From Phallusia mammillata (taxonomy: Eukaryota): a DNA stretch of 64,000 bases. Numbering within the stretch: the first letter of the stretch is position 1; the number at the start of each line of letters is the position of its first letter. The stretch lies in assembly GCA_965637545.1 (NCBI GenBank), contig OZ281495.1, positions 22,692,001 to 22,756,000 on the forward strand, written 5' to 3'. A model generated the notes under the pieces. The model was not told the DNA's origin, did no database searches, and saw only the letters and a list, made by a program, of their open reading frames with translations. Of this stretch, positions 1 through 13,106 are shown in pieces. The translations under genes were made by a program, and so were the position numbers.

Positions 1-1680
1 TGAAAATGTTGAGTTAAGTTGGTATTCTTATTACTTTGGAGCCATCCAAACTAACCAAAACTGTTATTATGAATAGTTGGATTAACTAAATTGTCGATAT
101 ACGGGAAAAAAATGTATCGAAACCTGAAAACATTTTGGATGCGTATAGCATTAACAAATGTTCCAACGGATTTACGGCGACAGCCTCCCGGTTAAAGCCA
201 CGAAACCAGTTAGTTTCTCTTCCTCATGCCACCTGGCTTTGTGACGTGTTAAAACACAATCTTTTGGCACATGACTTAAATCAGCAACATGAAGCGGAAT
301 TTCCAAATAGTATACTTTACAATAAAAGAAAATCTTTATCGTTCTGCAAAGTGCCAAAAAGTACACTTTTATATGTCCATCGTTTTTATTGCAGAGGAGG
401 ATTATTAATTTCTGATCTTTCTACACACGCCCATTGTCTGTGTCACAATTTAAAAGGAAAGTGAATTCAAATCGTTTGTTTGATATTCGAACGCGAATAC
501 TTAATGGATAGATATACATTCGGTAAAAAATAATTGTGTCCAAACTATAAGCGTATTTTCTTTGCAAACGACGGCATAAAGATAGTCAAATGTCGCACAG
601 GAGACAATTACGTAACGTTGGGTAAATTGAGGTTCACAGCATTTGTTTATCGCATCTATAAACCCGGGGTGTCCGGTTTTACCTGGATTTATTGCTTCAA
701 CGTCACTACTAATATTATGCAAAGCTACGAAACCACCTAGTTCCTTTTTCGAAAGAAGGTTTTGATTCAGGAAATGCTGATGTACACGCGGAAGTTAAAT
801 TTTAAAACCAATATTCACTATCATAGAACGTGGAAGCTGACAGTTTTGTCGCAAGCAAATTACTGTTTCAAGTCAAGATTTTAGTTGCTGGTATTTAAAC
901 AATTGGGCAATAGAGCAACCAAAATATGCATACAAAAAATTTTACGGGACACTGTCTTGCTACACTGCCATGGTAATGCTAACTTAACGTGAAAACTGAT
1001 GACAAGTGGTCTCTTTATAAAGCATCCTGTTTCACTCAAATCTGTTGGTATCGGTTCAATGGTTGCATGACACAGATATACAGCAACATGAATCACAGAC
1101 CCAAGCGAAAATGTACTGTTTTTCAGTTCCTTCGTACGAGTATGTTAAGTTGAGTTATTATTATTTTGGGGCTATTCGAAGCAGCCAAAATTGTTTAAAG
1201 GAGGCATTTGATCCGCAACGGGCGGATTATCTAAATTGTCGGTGTATGTAAATAAAGGTGTACAAGCCCTTTTTGTAAGCCCTATGTTTTTTCATGTTAT
1301 TGACAAGGGGTTTATCGGTTGAAGTTTTAGTGCCTATCGCGTTGCTGGAATTTCCCACCTGACAACTAAAGGCATTACTTTTTCTAGTCCTGTTTACGTG
1401 TTCCCAAGCATTGATAAAGGGGCGTTCATTATATCGAACCAATATCCCCTTTTATAGCATTACATGTCCCAACAGATTTGGCGCACCAGCCCTCTCGGGT
1501 TAAAGATACGAAACCGGTCAGTTCCTCTTCCTCACCCTAACTTGCTCTGTGAACTGATAAAAACAACACCCTTTTGTGGTTTCCTGTGGCCCCATTTCTA
1601 TTTATGTCTAGAGGCCGCTATTTTTGTAAAAAAAGTTAAAGCTTGAATTGACAGACAACAACAAAACACACCCAATAAGC

Positions 1681-2101
1681 CAGTGGTTCCCAAACTTTTT
1701 CATATTTTTTTCAAAACGGTCCCTTTGCCATAATTTCGAGGGCTCGCGGTCCTTAAGCCTGAATGTGTATTTCATAAAAACGAAAGTTGATTGCTGGATT
1801 TTAGCTAGTTATGCAAAATTGCGCATAACAATCATTCAAAGACAGCATGTGACATCACAAACAGGACAAAAAACATTACGGTTGTGCGCGAACATGGCAT
1901 TTTTGATAGTTTTTATTCGATAAAGGCCATTGTTCAGCAATAGAGACAGTCGATTCTCAATTCTACTTTGATTTAAAACTTATTTAGTGGCACAAACTGA
2001 CGCCAAATAAGATTATAGAATTACTTCAACCGCTTCGCGGTCCCCCCAAAATTGCCTCACGGAACACTAAAGGACCGCGGACCCCAGTTTGGGAACCGCT
2101 G
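1681..2101 (+). mobile_element. hAT-type MITE
   Basis: TIRs CAGTGGTTCCCAAAC / GTTTGGGAACCGCTG and a perfect 8-bp TSD CAATAAGC on both sides. Confidence 0.9.
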
Positions 2102-2410
2102 CAATAAGCAAACTGATGTCAGTTATTTGCACTGTCCGTGACACGTGAAAATTCGCGAATAATATATTTTCTACTGCAGCAGTATTTCTATGCCCCAGCA
2201 GTAAGCCGTCTACAAAAAAAAATATATATGTAAGAAGGATTTAGTATATTTCTGATCATTCTACACACGCGCTTTGTCTGTGTCCTTATTTAAAATGAAA
2301 ACGAATTCAAATTGTTTGATTAATCTGCGATGTCCAAACACGATTGTCTATAATGCATAGATGCGAATCCGGTAAAAATTAACCGTACTTCAAATACTTC
2401 AACGTATTTT

Positions 2411-2858
2411 CATCCGGGTCGAAGATTGTGCAGCACCTTTCCCAGCGAACAACATCAGAGATCTCAAAATCGATCTTATAAAGAGGAGATGCTCGACGGC
2501 AACAATTTCATCTTTGCAACGAACTGTCCTCGGGACACCCGGGTCTGCCTACGGGATCACAGGAAACGTTCGAAGGAACCGAGCTGGTGTTTTCGTTTAG
2601 GCGGGTTTCATTTGGCCAGCAGAACCTGTGGGTTCAACTACCGTCTTATGCAACCGGACGTACCCCGCCAGGTTCGTGCTGTCGGTTGCGATCCTATGGC
2701 AGAACATACCCAAAACGGAATTCAATCACAATTCAAATAACAGGACGCTTGACTCGACAGCCTACGGTTTTTTCGGTGTTCTTGTTGTTTATGTATCCGT
2801 TCAACAATGGAACTGTGATGATGAAGTGACTATGCAAATAAAATTTGACTTGACTTGA
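2411..2858 (+). mobile_element. Probable 5'-truncated, decayed LINE 3' end (CR1/L2/Jockey group)
   Basis: GC-richer insert absent from the paralogous copy at ~550-600, ending in a GACTT-repeat tail. One frame reads RDLKIDLIKRRC...QRTVLG...RTYPARFVLSVAILWQNIP, resembling post-RT C-terminal LINE motifs (LxxLxxRR ... LWNxLP), with an in-frame stop. Confidence 0.4.
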
Positions 2859-3644
2859 CAGATCACACCGAATATTATATTACGTTGGGTAAATTGAGGT
2901 TCACAGCATTTTTTATCGCAGCTGTGAAACCGGGGTTTCCAGCTATACCTGGATTTATCGCTTCAACAATCCTGGTAATAGTACGCTATACGAAACTGCC
3001 TTTACTAGGCAAAGCTATACGAAACCGTTTTCGTTTTGGAGACAAGGTCACTTCTAACTTTTGACACCAGTATTCTGTATGATAGAACGTGGAAATTTAC
3101 TTTTTGGCGCACAGCAAATTATTGTTTCAAGTCAGGTTTTAGCTTGTGGGTATTTTAGCAATTGGACAAAAGTGCACCCACGTAATTGTTTTTATTGTAA
3201 CTTTCTGTAAATCGTTGGTTATACCACATCAATAATAACAAGTTTGTTTTGATATTGTTTGATGTCAATTCGTTAACGGAAGCTTTTATTTAAGTGGACA
3301 TGTCGATGGAAAATGTTTCACATCATGATGTGTCACAATATTTACTGAAGGTCACTATTACCATTACACCGATGCTCTTTGGCTTTGTCGCTTCATTCAA
3401 TCGAATAATCTCGTGCTAAGCTACGAAACTACAGTCCCGCCATATTTTTTGAAACCCTGTTGAAAATGCCTTAATAACGAATTTAAGCCGTTCATGTTTT
3501 TCAAAACCTTTTTATTTTGTTTAAATTCTACATGTATAAGAGTATATAATTGCAACACAAAAGCATGTCTTGCAAAATGAATAGTGAAGACATCGATAAG
3601 CGTGTCACAACAAAAACAACGGCATACTGGACAATCGAGTCTGT

Positions 3645-4834
3645 TTACATTCGACCAAACCCAATTCCTATCTCCTCTTCCTCTCCCTGGGCACGAAGCA
3701 ATGCCATATTAACATCTCTGATATATCTATCTCTTTTATCATCGTTCTCAAAGTCAGTAGCCAATTTAAAGCATTCAAGCGTTTCCTTATAGTATTCAAT
3801 AGCGTTTTCCCTTGAACCCATTTTAAGATATGTTGAACCCAGGTTGTTGCAGAGCGTGCCATAAATCTGGTGTTTTTTGACTTTTTTGTCCCCCATGGTT
3901 CGCCGCATGTAATCAATGGTGTCTAATATGATTCTAATCCGTGCATCATTGTTTGTTTCACATACTTCGATACAATGCGCCACATACCCAGATTTCGCGC
4001 TTTGATAGTAAGGATCAATGTTTTCCAACTCCATAAGCATTTCTTTCATGTAATACATTTTTGGCAGAATGTTGCGTTGGATAAAAGCACCCACACTTTC
4101 ATCCGTTTCAATCATACCAGTTACAGTTTGCCTCATACTGCTAATAATATCCTCAGTTATGCCAAATGTTTCGTACGGGCTTTTATCATCGAAAAATATA
4201 TCTAAACACAATTTGTCAATGACCAGCGCAGAGAAACATTTTTCTTGTTTGCGTAATTTTTTAACCAACCACAAAACAGCTTTGCTTGTTGGATTTGCTG
4301 CGGCGATAATCGATTTCAGTTGCTCCTCAATGGCGTCGTAGTCGTGCTCGGTTGCCATAAGACATACAGCATAGTTGAGGAGTGAACGGGCGTTTCTAAG
4401 ATCCATTCCCATTGTATTTCTTTCATCCAACACACCGAAAGCCTCGTCAAACTGGCCATTGTCCAACAAAGTCGGTACATTATCTGTGTACAAAAATGTT
4501 CGTAGTATATCGCATGCGCGAAAAATTCGCATGCGCAAATTATCGCATGCGCAAAAGCAAGTATGTGCTAAAATTAGAAAGGATCATTGAACTGGTCTGC
4601 TTACCTTGCCAGCAAAATATTTTTGCAAGATCAAATTTTGATGCCTGGTCTTTTTTGTCTCTCTGTCCGTGCGAATCATTTGACTCAGTTACGTTTGCAG
4701 CTTGTTCATCAGTTTCTTGTTGTGACGCCACACTTTCTTCTGCAATTGTTGAACAGTACAAGTAAGCTTTAGTAAAATTACCACATAATACATTGGTGCA
4801 TGCAAAAATATCTTTACTTACCGGAATCACTCAT
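3645..4834 (-). CDS. Gene A1: alpha-helical protein with C-terminal TPR-like repeat and acidic N-terminus (~328 aa, 3 coding exons)
   Basis: Exons 4834-4822 (ATG AGT GAT TCC G|gtaagt), 4739-4605 and 4483-3645, all GT-AG, phase 1 and in frame. C-terminal YGTLCNNLGSTYLKMGSRENAIEYYKETLECFKLATDF is TPR-like. The structure is repeated in paralogue A2. Confidence 0.85.
4510..4553. promoter_or_regulatory. Three tandem TCGCATGCGC motifs (NRF1-like) in intron 2 of gene A1
   Basis: TCGCATGCGC at 4510, 4527 and 4543 (16-17 bp period), close to the NRF1 consensus TGCGCATGCGCA. Confidence 0.35.
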
Positions 4835-5076
4835 TTTGATGTCGTGGTACACAGTAGGGTTAAAACTGTATTAAACTCAAGTCCTGCCAACAAGGAGTTT
4901 AGTATAAGCAATATCGCGCGCCAAACCTTTTTTCCGACACTTTTTACAGCTATGTTAAATTGTGACTGGTACACCTTTACCATTTGGACTAAACTGAGCT
5001 TGCCAATAGTTTCAGCTTGTAGGTGAACTGTTTTTTCAACTGAACCACGGTGAGAGATAAGTGTAAAGTAAAGGAA
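4835..5076. promoter_or_regulatory. Putative bidirectional promoter of A1/B1
   Basis: 242 bp between the divergent predicted start codons (4834 minus, 5077 plus). Confidence 0.6.
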
Positions 5077-8000
5077 ATGGAACGTCAAACGATTAATTAC
5101 ATAGTCATGCCCAATGCGTAAGTATTATTTAGTTAAATCCGATCGGAATAGTACCTTAGTTTAGCTGTAAAAAGAATTGTTTGTTAAATGTATTCTTAAC
5201 TGTTTTAATTAAAACACCGTTTTTACTGGGTGCGGGCAGACCTGTCTCGGTCTATCTCTATACATTCAATAAATTGTCGAGGTTGTTAAATGGATCTAAA
5301 ATGCCAAAAATTGAATAAAAAAATTAAATATCTAAGTAGGCTCCCACCGCTATGCGCAAAGTTCAAACATTAGTTGTAAAATGAAGTTTGGTATAACCCA
5401 AAAAAAATACTGAAAAATCGGGTTCTAATTTTCTATCCTATTTTTGTTTTCCTTTATAGGAGCAACGTCGGATTCAATACAAATGCAGGTACGTGTCACT
5501 TTTCTTGAATTCGATAAAAGTGTTCAACCCTATGTCTTGTTTCAGGTGGCGTGACTCAGCTGACCCGATTTAACAAAAAACCCAAAGATAGGACGCGTTT
5601 TACAGGTACAATGAAGTGTTGTCAATATGTATAAACCCCAGTCACGAAGTGGTCCACCGACGTAATGAACCACTAAATCTAGGCCAGGGGTGGGGAACCT
5701 ACTTAGCACTGCGGGCCGCATGAATTGCACAACATTTTCGGGCGGGCCAAATATCTTTTTTATTTTCAAATTCCGTGTAAAAGCACACAAGTGGTTTTAT
5801 ATTTCATCGCTCCAGATTTGATTTTTTTTTGCTGTTACTTGTTTGCAACAAACAAGGCATACAGGTTTATCACTTAATTCGACTAAAATCTGTCCATTCT
5901 TTCTGGAACACCCTAGCTCAATTTAAAACTAACACCACATGGCAAATGATTTGTTACTGCAAGGAGAGACAATCGAGTGACTGTTACGTCACAAATACAG
6001 CAAGTGGTTGAGTGTGGCAATTTTAATAAGTTTGGCGTCAAATGTACAAATGTCGAAGTCTTTTCAAGTACTAAATATTTGTACATAAACGTTTTGTTAT
6101 TGTTTTTTATGCTACGTTTTATGCTGTACTTTAACAAAATAGTGACGCGGTCCACATTAAAAAGGCAAGCGGGCCGCATGCTCCCCACCCCTGATCTAGG
6201 CCATATTTATCGCGTCTATGCCATATACTTGGATATACACAAGTCTTTGCGACAGGTATAATTTAGCCGAACTAAAAAAATACAATCGTTGCATCCAAAT
6301 TTATCTTGTTTTTGGTGCCTTGTCGATATCTTTAGTTGACTGTGAACGCTTTAGGAAAAAAACAAACTTTGTGCAGATATTATTCTTGTTTAAAACTGCT
6401 TATGAGCTAAAAAGTATAAAATACTCTAATTGTTGTTCACACCTACATTTTTGTGTGTTCGCTTTTTACATATTCAATTACAAACTAATTGTTAGGCTGT
6501 TCCCAATTTCCATTACTAAAACGTAAACATAAACAGGACAAAAGCATTACGATTGTGCGCGAACAATTGTATTTTTGACAGTTGTCATTCAATAAAGGCC
6601 ATTGTTTAGCAATGGAGACAGTCGATTCTCAATTCTACTTTGATTTAAACTTATTTAGTGGCACAAAGTGACGTCAAATAAGATTATAGAATAACTTCAA
6701 CCGCTTCGCGGTCCCCCCAAAATTGCCTCACGGACCCCCGAACTACCGCGGACCCTAGTTTGGGAACCGCTCATCTAACCTAACCTATTTATTAACTTGA
6801 TATGTTTTTCTTTTGTTCTATTTGTACAGGACCACAACAAGTTGGCCAGATGTTGCCAATGCTTACAGAACTTCAACCAAATACTGGAAAACTAACCGAA
6901 GGTACTGTTAATTTTTTAAAAATGCATGGTTGCACTTGCTTATTTGTCAGCACATTTTACACTTGCTTCGTAATAATTAGTTCACTTTGTTTTGTGCCTT
7001 ATTGTCGTATCTGGGTGACTGTCTATCCAATAGCAAAAAGAATATGAAAAAACAATTTACATAACCATTGTATTTAGAATCACAACAAATGGGTCTCCTT
7101 AAACTGATCGGAATAGACGCAGAAACATTAGCACAGCCGGAAAATGGTATGTTTGTACATAGAACAAAGTAATCTAAACTAATGTTTTGCAATAAATTTT
7201 AAAGGTAATTAACTAATAAACCAACTTAAGTTACGATTTTTTAACTTAATGTATTTCTTTTTTATTCTATTCATACAGGAGCACTTCAAGTTGGTAACCC
7301 GTTGTTGTCAATGCAAGGGGTTCAAGCAAATACTAAACAACTAACTGAAGGTGATAATTATCTAAAACATGCATAGTTATTCTTATTTTATCAGTATATT
7401 TCACACCTTCCTTTGATTAAAAAAATAATTTATTAAATAATGGTCTTTTAATATTATGTTACTATGAGAAAATGTGTTATGCATAGCAGTAATAATTATG
7501 TAACCTAAAAAAATATAAAATAAAAACACTGTTTCAGGAAGTGACATATTCTCATATTTTAAAATATTACAGAAGCTGGAAAGAAAAATGTGCTAAAAGC
7601 CATGCAAAAACTTGGTATGTAGCTTGGAGTAATGCTGGGCCATTATTAAGTTATAAAGTAATACTAAAAACAAACGATTTTTTTCCTTCATGTCTTAATT
7701 TTATTTTTGTTAAACATCAATGCGTCACAAAGCGTTATTAAAATATTAACGAAACCACGTTTTGTACGACAGAACAAACTGCTCCTAAAGGAGGATTCTA
7801 CTGGAAAACTAGTTTGGAATGGATGATCTCCCATGAAGGTAGGTTTGTGTCAAGCATGAATTTAGTCCACCAAAAAGTTGATTTCCATAGTTTTTTGGAC
7901 GTCATAATAAACATGCCAAAACAAATGTAACTTAACGTTTACATGCACTAAAATATTTTTTCAAACAGTTTTTACCATGTTGAGCACACAACCCTGACTG

Positions 8001-9202
8001 TCGGGGTTTACGAAATTATAAATAGTGGTGTTCACCACTGTTTAATTCAAAAAAACTCTTTAAGTATTTTATGTGACACTACTGCTTCAAAAAAGGTGTG
8101 GATAAATAACCGGGATAGATGTTAATGTGGCGCTAAAGTATAAAACAACATAAAATTCTTCTTCTTTTCTTTACATATCAAAGTGTGAGAGGAGATTTTA
8201 ACATGTTGGTAAACGAGCACTATGTTCGCCCACTACCCCTTAATATCCGAATACCATTTTGTCCACAGCAAACGTCTAATTCGGATCATGTGAAGATACA
8301 AATTTTGTTTAAAAATGTACTGTACTTAAATGTATTTAAAACTTTTTCTTTCTGCAGAGAGAATAGATGCCATACACAGTGACGGTGATCTTTACCAGGC
8401 ATATGGTGTCCATGAAAAAATACTCCAATTCGATCCTTCTGTGCGAGACATTAGATTTCAAATGTACTATTGTCTCACTTTGATGCTTACAAACCGCAAA
8501 GAACGGGCCAACGAAGTATTTGATAAAATTGTGTCTTTGGTCCAAAACATGGGCGAAACGTTTCAAACCGTTTTGCATCTGGCAGAAAAAACTGTAAAAA
8601 TAGAAGGCAAAACGTTTGAGGCAATCTTACTATGCCTTATCGCAGCCAAAATTGCCGATATGAGTACTTTTACTGTTCTTGATACTGCCGAAAAACTGAA
8701 ATGCATGACTGTTCTACGAGAAGCTACAGGAAAAATAACCGACAGTATAAAGAAAGTAAAACCGTTTCTGAGTCGATATTGTATTACAGCAATTCGTCCG
8801 CTGTTTGAACGCATCCAACAAAAACCTCCATCTTCAGTTATAAACAAAAATCTTGTTCAAATCAGAATTGCCACATTCCACTGCATGGAAATCCTGCTAT
8901 TGTACGCTGATGACGACGAAGGAAGAGCACAGTTGCTTGAGCATGCGTTAGAGTTTTTAAGAGAAACCTACGGCAATAAAGTTGCCAAAAAAAGGTGGTA
9001 CGGCATTTTTAACAACAACTTGGGTGCAACATACCTTACCTTGTCGCGCCCAGACAAAGCAGCTGAAGCGTTGTCTCGTACAATCGAGGTTTTCCAGCAA
9101 GCAACTGACTTTGACAACAAGATTGAAAGAGAAGACAGTGTATTTAAGGCAAAGCAGATGCTAAAACAACCGTCGCTTGGGGGATTGGGGGTTCATGATT
9201 AG
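5077..9202 (+). CDS. Gene B1: micro-exon-array N-terminus plus helical/TPR-like domain (~417 aa, 8 coding exons)
   Basis: Exons 5077-5117, 5460-5488, 5546-5605, 6830-6901, 7078-7146, 7279-7350, 7773-7838 and 8358-9202, all GT-AG and in frame (1254 nt). C-terminal YGIFNNNLGATYLTLSRPDKAAEALSRTIEVFQQATDF. Confidence 0.8.
5685..6193 (+). mobile_element. hAT-type MITE in an intron of B1
   Basis: TIRs CAGGGGTGGGGA / TCCCCACCCCTG and TSD ATCTAGGC on both sides. Confidence 0.9.
6530..6772 (+). mobile_element. Right-end fragment of the 1681-2101 MITE family
   Basis: Near-identical to ~1858-2100 and ends GTTTGGGAACCGCT. Left end missing. Confidence 0.75.
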
Positions 9203-9357
9203 GTGAACAGTAGAGGTCTGAACCAGATACGTTATAGAAGTAAACCGGAACATTAGTTTACAGCTTGTATATTATTATCTCGTATTGCGCTTTGCGTCCA
9301 TGTTGCTTTATCTTTAGCGTCTGTTTGAATTTCTGTTTTTTGCATTATTGAAATCCT

Positions 9358-9752
9358 TGTTACGAGTAAACCCGGCCAGTTTTATTTCTCTTTTGTGCTT
9401 TTTGTTTTTCTTGCGTGGATGTGTATTAGTTTTGTTGTATATATTTCGCTTGACATCACTTGTACTCGACTTATAATAAAATGTGCCAAGTATCCATTTT
9501 CTCCGAAATCGTAGCTATCGCTGCCTCATAGCAAACAAACAGCTTCTTTAGCGCCACCGGTTGTCTTTTTTTCTTGTTTTTCTTCCAGTAGATGGCAATA
9601 TCGCACAAAACACAAACATAAAACATGTCGAAATATACAGCCATTGGGCAGGAACCTGGCCGAATGGTCTTGCGCGCCTGAACCATACACAGACATAAAA
9701 AACCGGAGCGGGATTCGTCCCCGGGAGTGTCCTGGGTTCGAACCCCGTGAAA
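9358..9752. mobile_element. Dispersed repeat, solo-LTR-like (related fragments at 13129-13300 and ~40960-41085)
   Basis: Begins TGTTACG and ends CGTGA(A/C)A. The shared segment GGTTCGAACCCAGGAC(A/T)CTCCCGGGGACGAATCCCG is also at 13129. No clear TSD. Confidence 0.4.
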
Positions 9753-10199
9753 AAAAATATACATACAGCCATAAACAACCTGTTCTGAGTTCGTACTCGA
9801 ACCTACTGGGTTTGAATATGAAAAATTGGATAGGTATAGCTCACTACATGTAGTACGATATTGATTAGAGAAAAATAGTTGACATCACGCGTTCGTCTTG
9901 TCCTGCATAACTTTGTGTAAAGACAAATTAGTCATATTGTTTGTAATTTGTATTCGCTGCTTCGAATGAAGCCGTTGTTGCATGAGTAATTTGATTTTCC
10001 AACTGTATTTAAATGAGTTTGGCATAGATACATGAGAAAAAAATACTTCGCTAATCGTACTGCGCCAAATTTTCGAGATTATACTTTTGGGTCCAAGGCC
10101 TAATTTCGGACATGCATTAGCGACGACTTAACAGGAGGAAAACAACAGATGTGTAGTAAAAAAACAAACAGTGTTTTTTTTATTTTACAGCGAACAGTT

Positions 10200-12400
10200 C
10201 ATAATTTTAATATCACAGGACCATGCAAAATTTTACAAACATTTTTTGATGTGATACTGGTACTGTCTTTAAGAATAAATACAGTGTAATAAAAAAAAAT
10301 GTTGTTTACTGTGTACCATGTTTACTGGGTGAACAATTAGCTAAAAAAAATACAATTAAATATAGATTATTATATTTCCCCATGGTATTGGCATTAGGGT
10401 GTTTACAGGAAGTGTGTAAAATAAGTGTTTGCAACGGACGCTTTGTTGCCGGTTTCGTTTGCGTAGTTTTTGTAATTACCACTAACTTGATGTACTTGTT
10501 GATTTAGCATTTTGAGACTGATTTGACAGTCTCTGACTTGGTGTTAGAGTAGAACATTTGACTACACCAGTTCCTTTAAAAACGTTTGTTTATCTAACAT
10601 TTGACTTTTCCAGCATCGCCTTATTTCTTAGCTCAGACTATCAGACTTTTCGGGTCGGTTTTGGGTTCAGGTTTACGTTTGAAACAATTAGTTCAATTTG
10701 ACCTGACTTCCCACTCGGTTACTTTTGTTTCGAGTTTCACTTTGGTAAATTTAATATTCGAGCCCAATTCGGGCTTTAAAAAACATCTGTACCGAGACGA
10801 ATTGGGCTTTGTACTTTGTAGGGTTCCTCCCATATTTTAGGCTTGCTTACATCCCTGTGGGCTGTTTACAATAACAAATACTGTATGATGGTACAAAAAT
10901 GTTGTGGTTGTTTGCTGTTTATCGTGTCGATTGTCACATTACCCATAACAAAAAACGTGTGCGAAGAGACCAAGTCTGTGCTTGTATTTTGTAAACATTC
11001 ACTGAGGAAGCCCCGCGCAAAACAATTATCTAAAATTTTACAATTAAATATAGATTATTATATTTCCCCGTGGTATTGGCATTAAGATGTTTACAGGAAG
11101 TAGGTATAATTAATGTTTGCACACGGACTCTTTGTTATCGGTTTTGATTGCGCAGTTTTTTTATTACCACGAAACCTATTTACTTGTTAGTTTAGAAGCA
11201 AAGATAATTAGATTAAAACACTTTGGTAATACAATAGAATATTCGTTTGCAACCATTGCTTTTAAAAACGTTTATTTTTTCAACACTTGACTTTTCCAGC
11301 ATGGCGTAACCGACTATAGCAGACGTTCATGTGCCAGACTTTTCTGCTGGTCGGGTCTGGATTCGGGTCAGCGTTTAAACCAATGGGTTCATTTGGATCA
11401 GACTTTTTACTTGGTCAACTTTGTATCGAGTTTTATCGTGGTACACTCAAGCCTAATTCGGGTCTTGAAAAAAGTCGGGTCCAAGGCTCCCAGCAGAATT
11501 TCGGGTTTGTACTTTGTAGGGTTCCGCCCATAATTAGGGCCCACTTGCATCACCGTTTTTTTTTGTTGTATTAGCGATAGCTTAAAATGAGCTGTCATGG
11601 AAGACAACAAAACAACAGTGTCGTGAAAACCAAAAAGTTAATGAAACAAGGCAAAACGGTTTATACATTTAATATCACACGACCCTTACAAACATTTTTT
11701 GTTGTTGTGACACTGGTGCTGTTTTTAGGCATAAATAGTGTATGATGATACAGATACAGTGTGATGGCTATTTACTGTTCACCTTGTTAACTGACACATA
11801 ACACAAAAAACGTGCAAAGAGACCAAATCTGTAGCCTACATGGGCGCCAGCAGAAAATTTTGCAATCGGGATCAGATTTTGATATACCTGCACAGGGGTG
11901 CATTGCAATATGTAATTGTGTACATTTAGGCAAAACATATACAGAATAATTCCGTTGCATAAAACTTGATTCACCTTTCGATGTAAAAACAATTCCCACG
12001 AAGTCACACGTCTATCACGTGTACCATTTTGTAAAACTTTAGGGATTATAAAAACAACGGCAGAAACGAAAATGAGACAGATATCGGTAAAATCGCTTAG
12101 ACATTCCTCCATTTCTTAGAATATGAAACTTTTTCAAACGTCAGTCTTTTCGACATAATTTGTTAAAATTAAGATACTTTAAATTCCAAGGGGTACAAGT
12201 GCCCCCTCTTGCCCCTACGTGGCGGCGCACATAAATCTGTGCTTGTCATTGTAAAGAGGCAGAGGAAACCCCGCGGAAAACAAATATTAAACGTTTTGTT
12301 ATTAATTACTAATGATTATTTTTTCCCCTGTCATTGGGGTGTTTACAGGAAATACGTAAATACCCTTGCATTTTGCACTAAGACTATTTGCAAACCACTG
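10200..12400. repeat. Three degenerate tandem copies of a ~650-800 bp non-coding unit
   Basis: A block resembling GATTATTATATTTCCC...GTGTTTACAGGAAG recurs at ~10360, ~11050 and ~12315. TTTCGGG...GTACTTTGTAGGGTTC occurs at ~10800 and ~11500. Confidence 0.55.
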
Positions 12401-13106
12401 CAGTTTTCCTGTGTTCGAGACTGCAGGTCTGCCGGTACACGTCACCTAAACCTAATTTGAATCTTTATCCTGATCGAGCCCAAAAGGCTAACCATAAGAA
12501 TATGCTTCCTCATTCTGACCACGGGCGAATTATTTTGGGGTATTGTCTGCATGTAATGTTTTCCGTGTTTAAACTGTTTTGCAGGTTTCTTTTCTCAAAC
12601 TTTTAAGTCATTGATACATATTTAGAAGATTGATAGGCCCACATACTTACCAAGGTTTTATGTGACCAGACAGCTATGTTACAAAATATGCCATAAGCTA
12701 TAGCTCTCGCTCAATGCATTCCTTGTATAAAACTGGGCTGTATAACCCTCCACAGTTTTATATCATCGAATGTTTTAATTGACTTGTGCGTAGCATCGCA
12801 TGACTAACGTGGTGAAATCAACTTACATTTGCAGGGAGGCTAAACGGAACCTTTTAGGCAAAAGCAAAATGAATCATTGACTTGTCTGCGCAACTGAAAA
12901 GTGGGAAAGCGCTCTTGATTGGTTGCTACTAAAAGGCGCAGCAATTAAGACGTTTTAAAATACCAGCAAACATTTAGATTTTAACCTACCAATCGCCCAA
13001 CAAATGTTTTCATTCTTATTCTCGTTTAACCTATTATAAAATTACCTCTTAATAACAGAAACAAATGTAACAAAAAAACAAATCACAGTGTAATGAAGTG
13101 CACACA

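Larger units (their letters stand above)
1..3180. repeat. Degenerate tandem duplication (about 1-900 vs 1140-3180), second copy expanded by a MITE and a LINE-like insert
   Basis: Shared blocks in the same order: 10-50 vs 1140-1190, 170-300 vs 1480-1580, 380-560 vs 2250-2410, and ACGTTGGGTAAATTGAGGTTCACAGCATTT at ~615 and ~2883. Boundaries approximate. Confidence 0.6.

Noticed and set aside
4831-5088. 85-aa minus-strand ORF across the A1/B1 spacer
   Set aside because: Not conserved in the A2/B2 spacer; its stop overlaps the conserved A start context.
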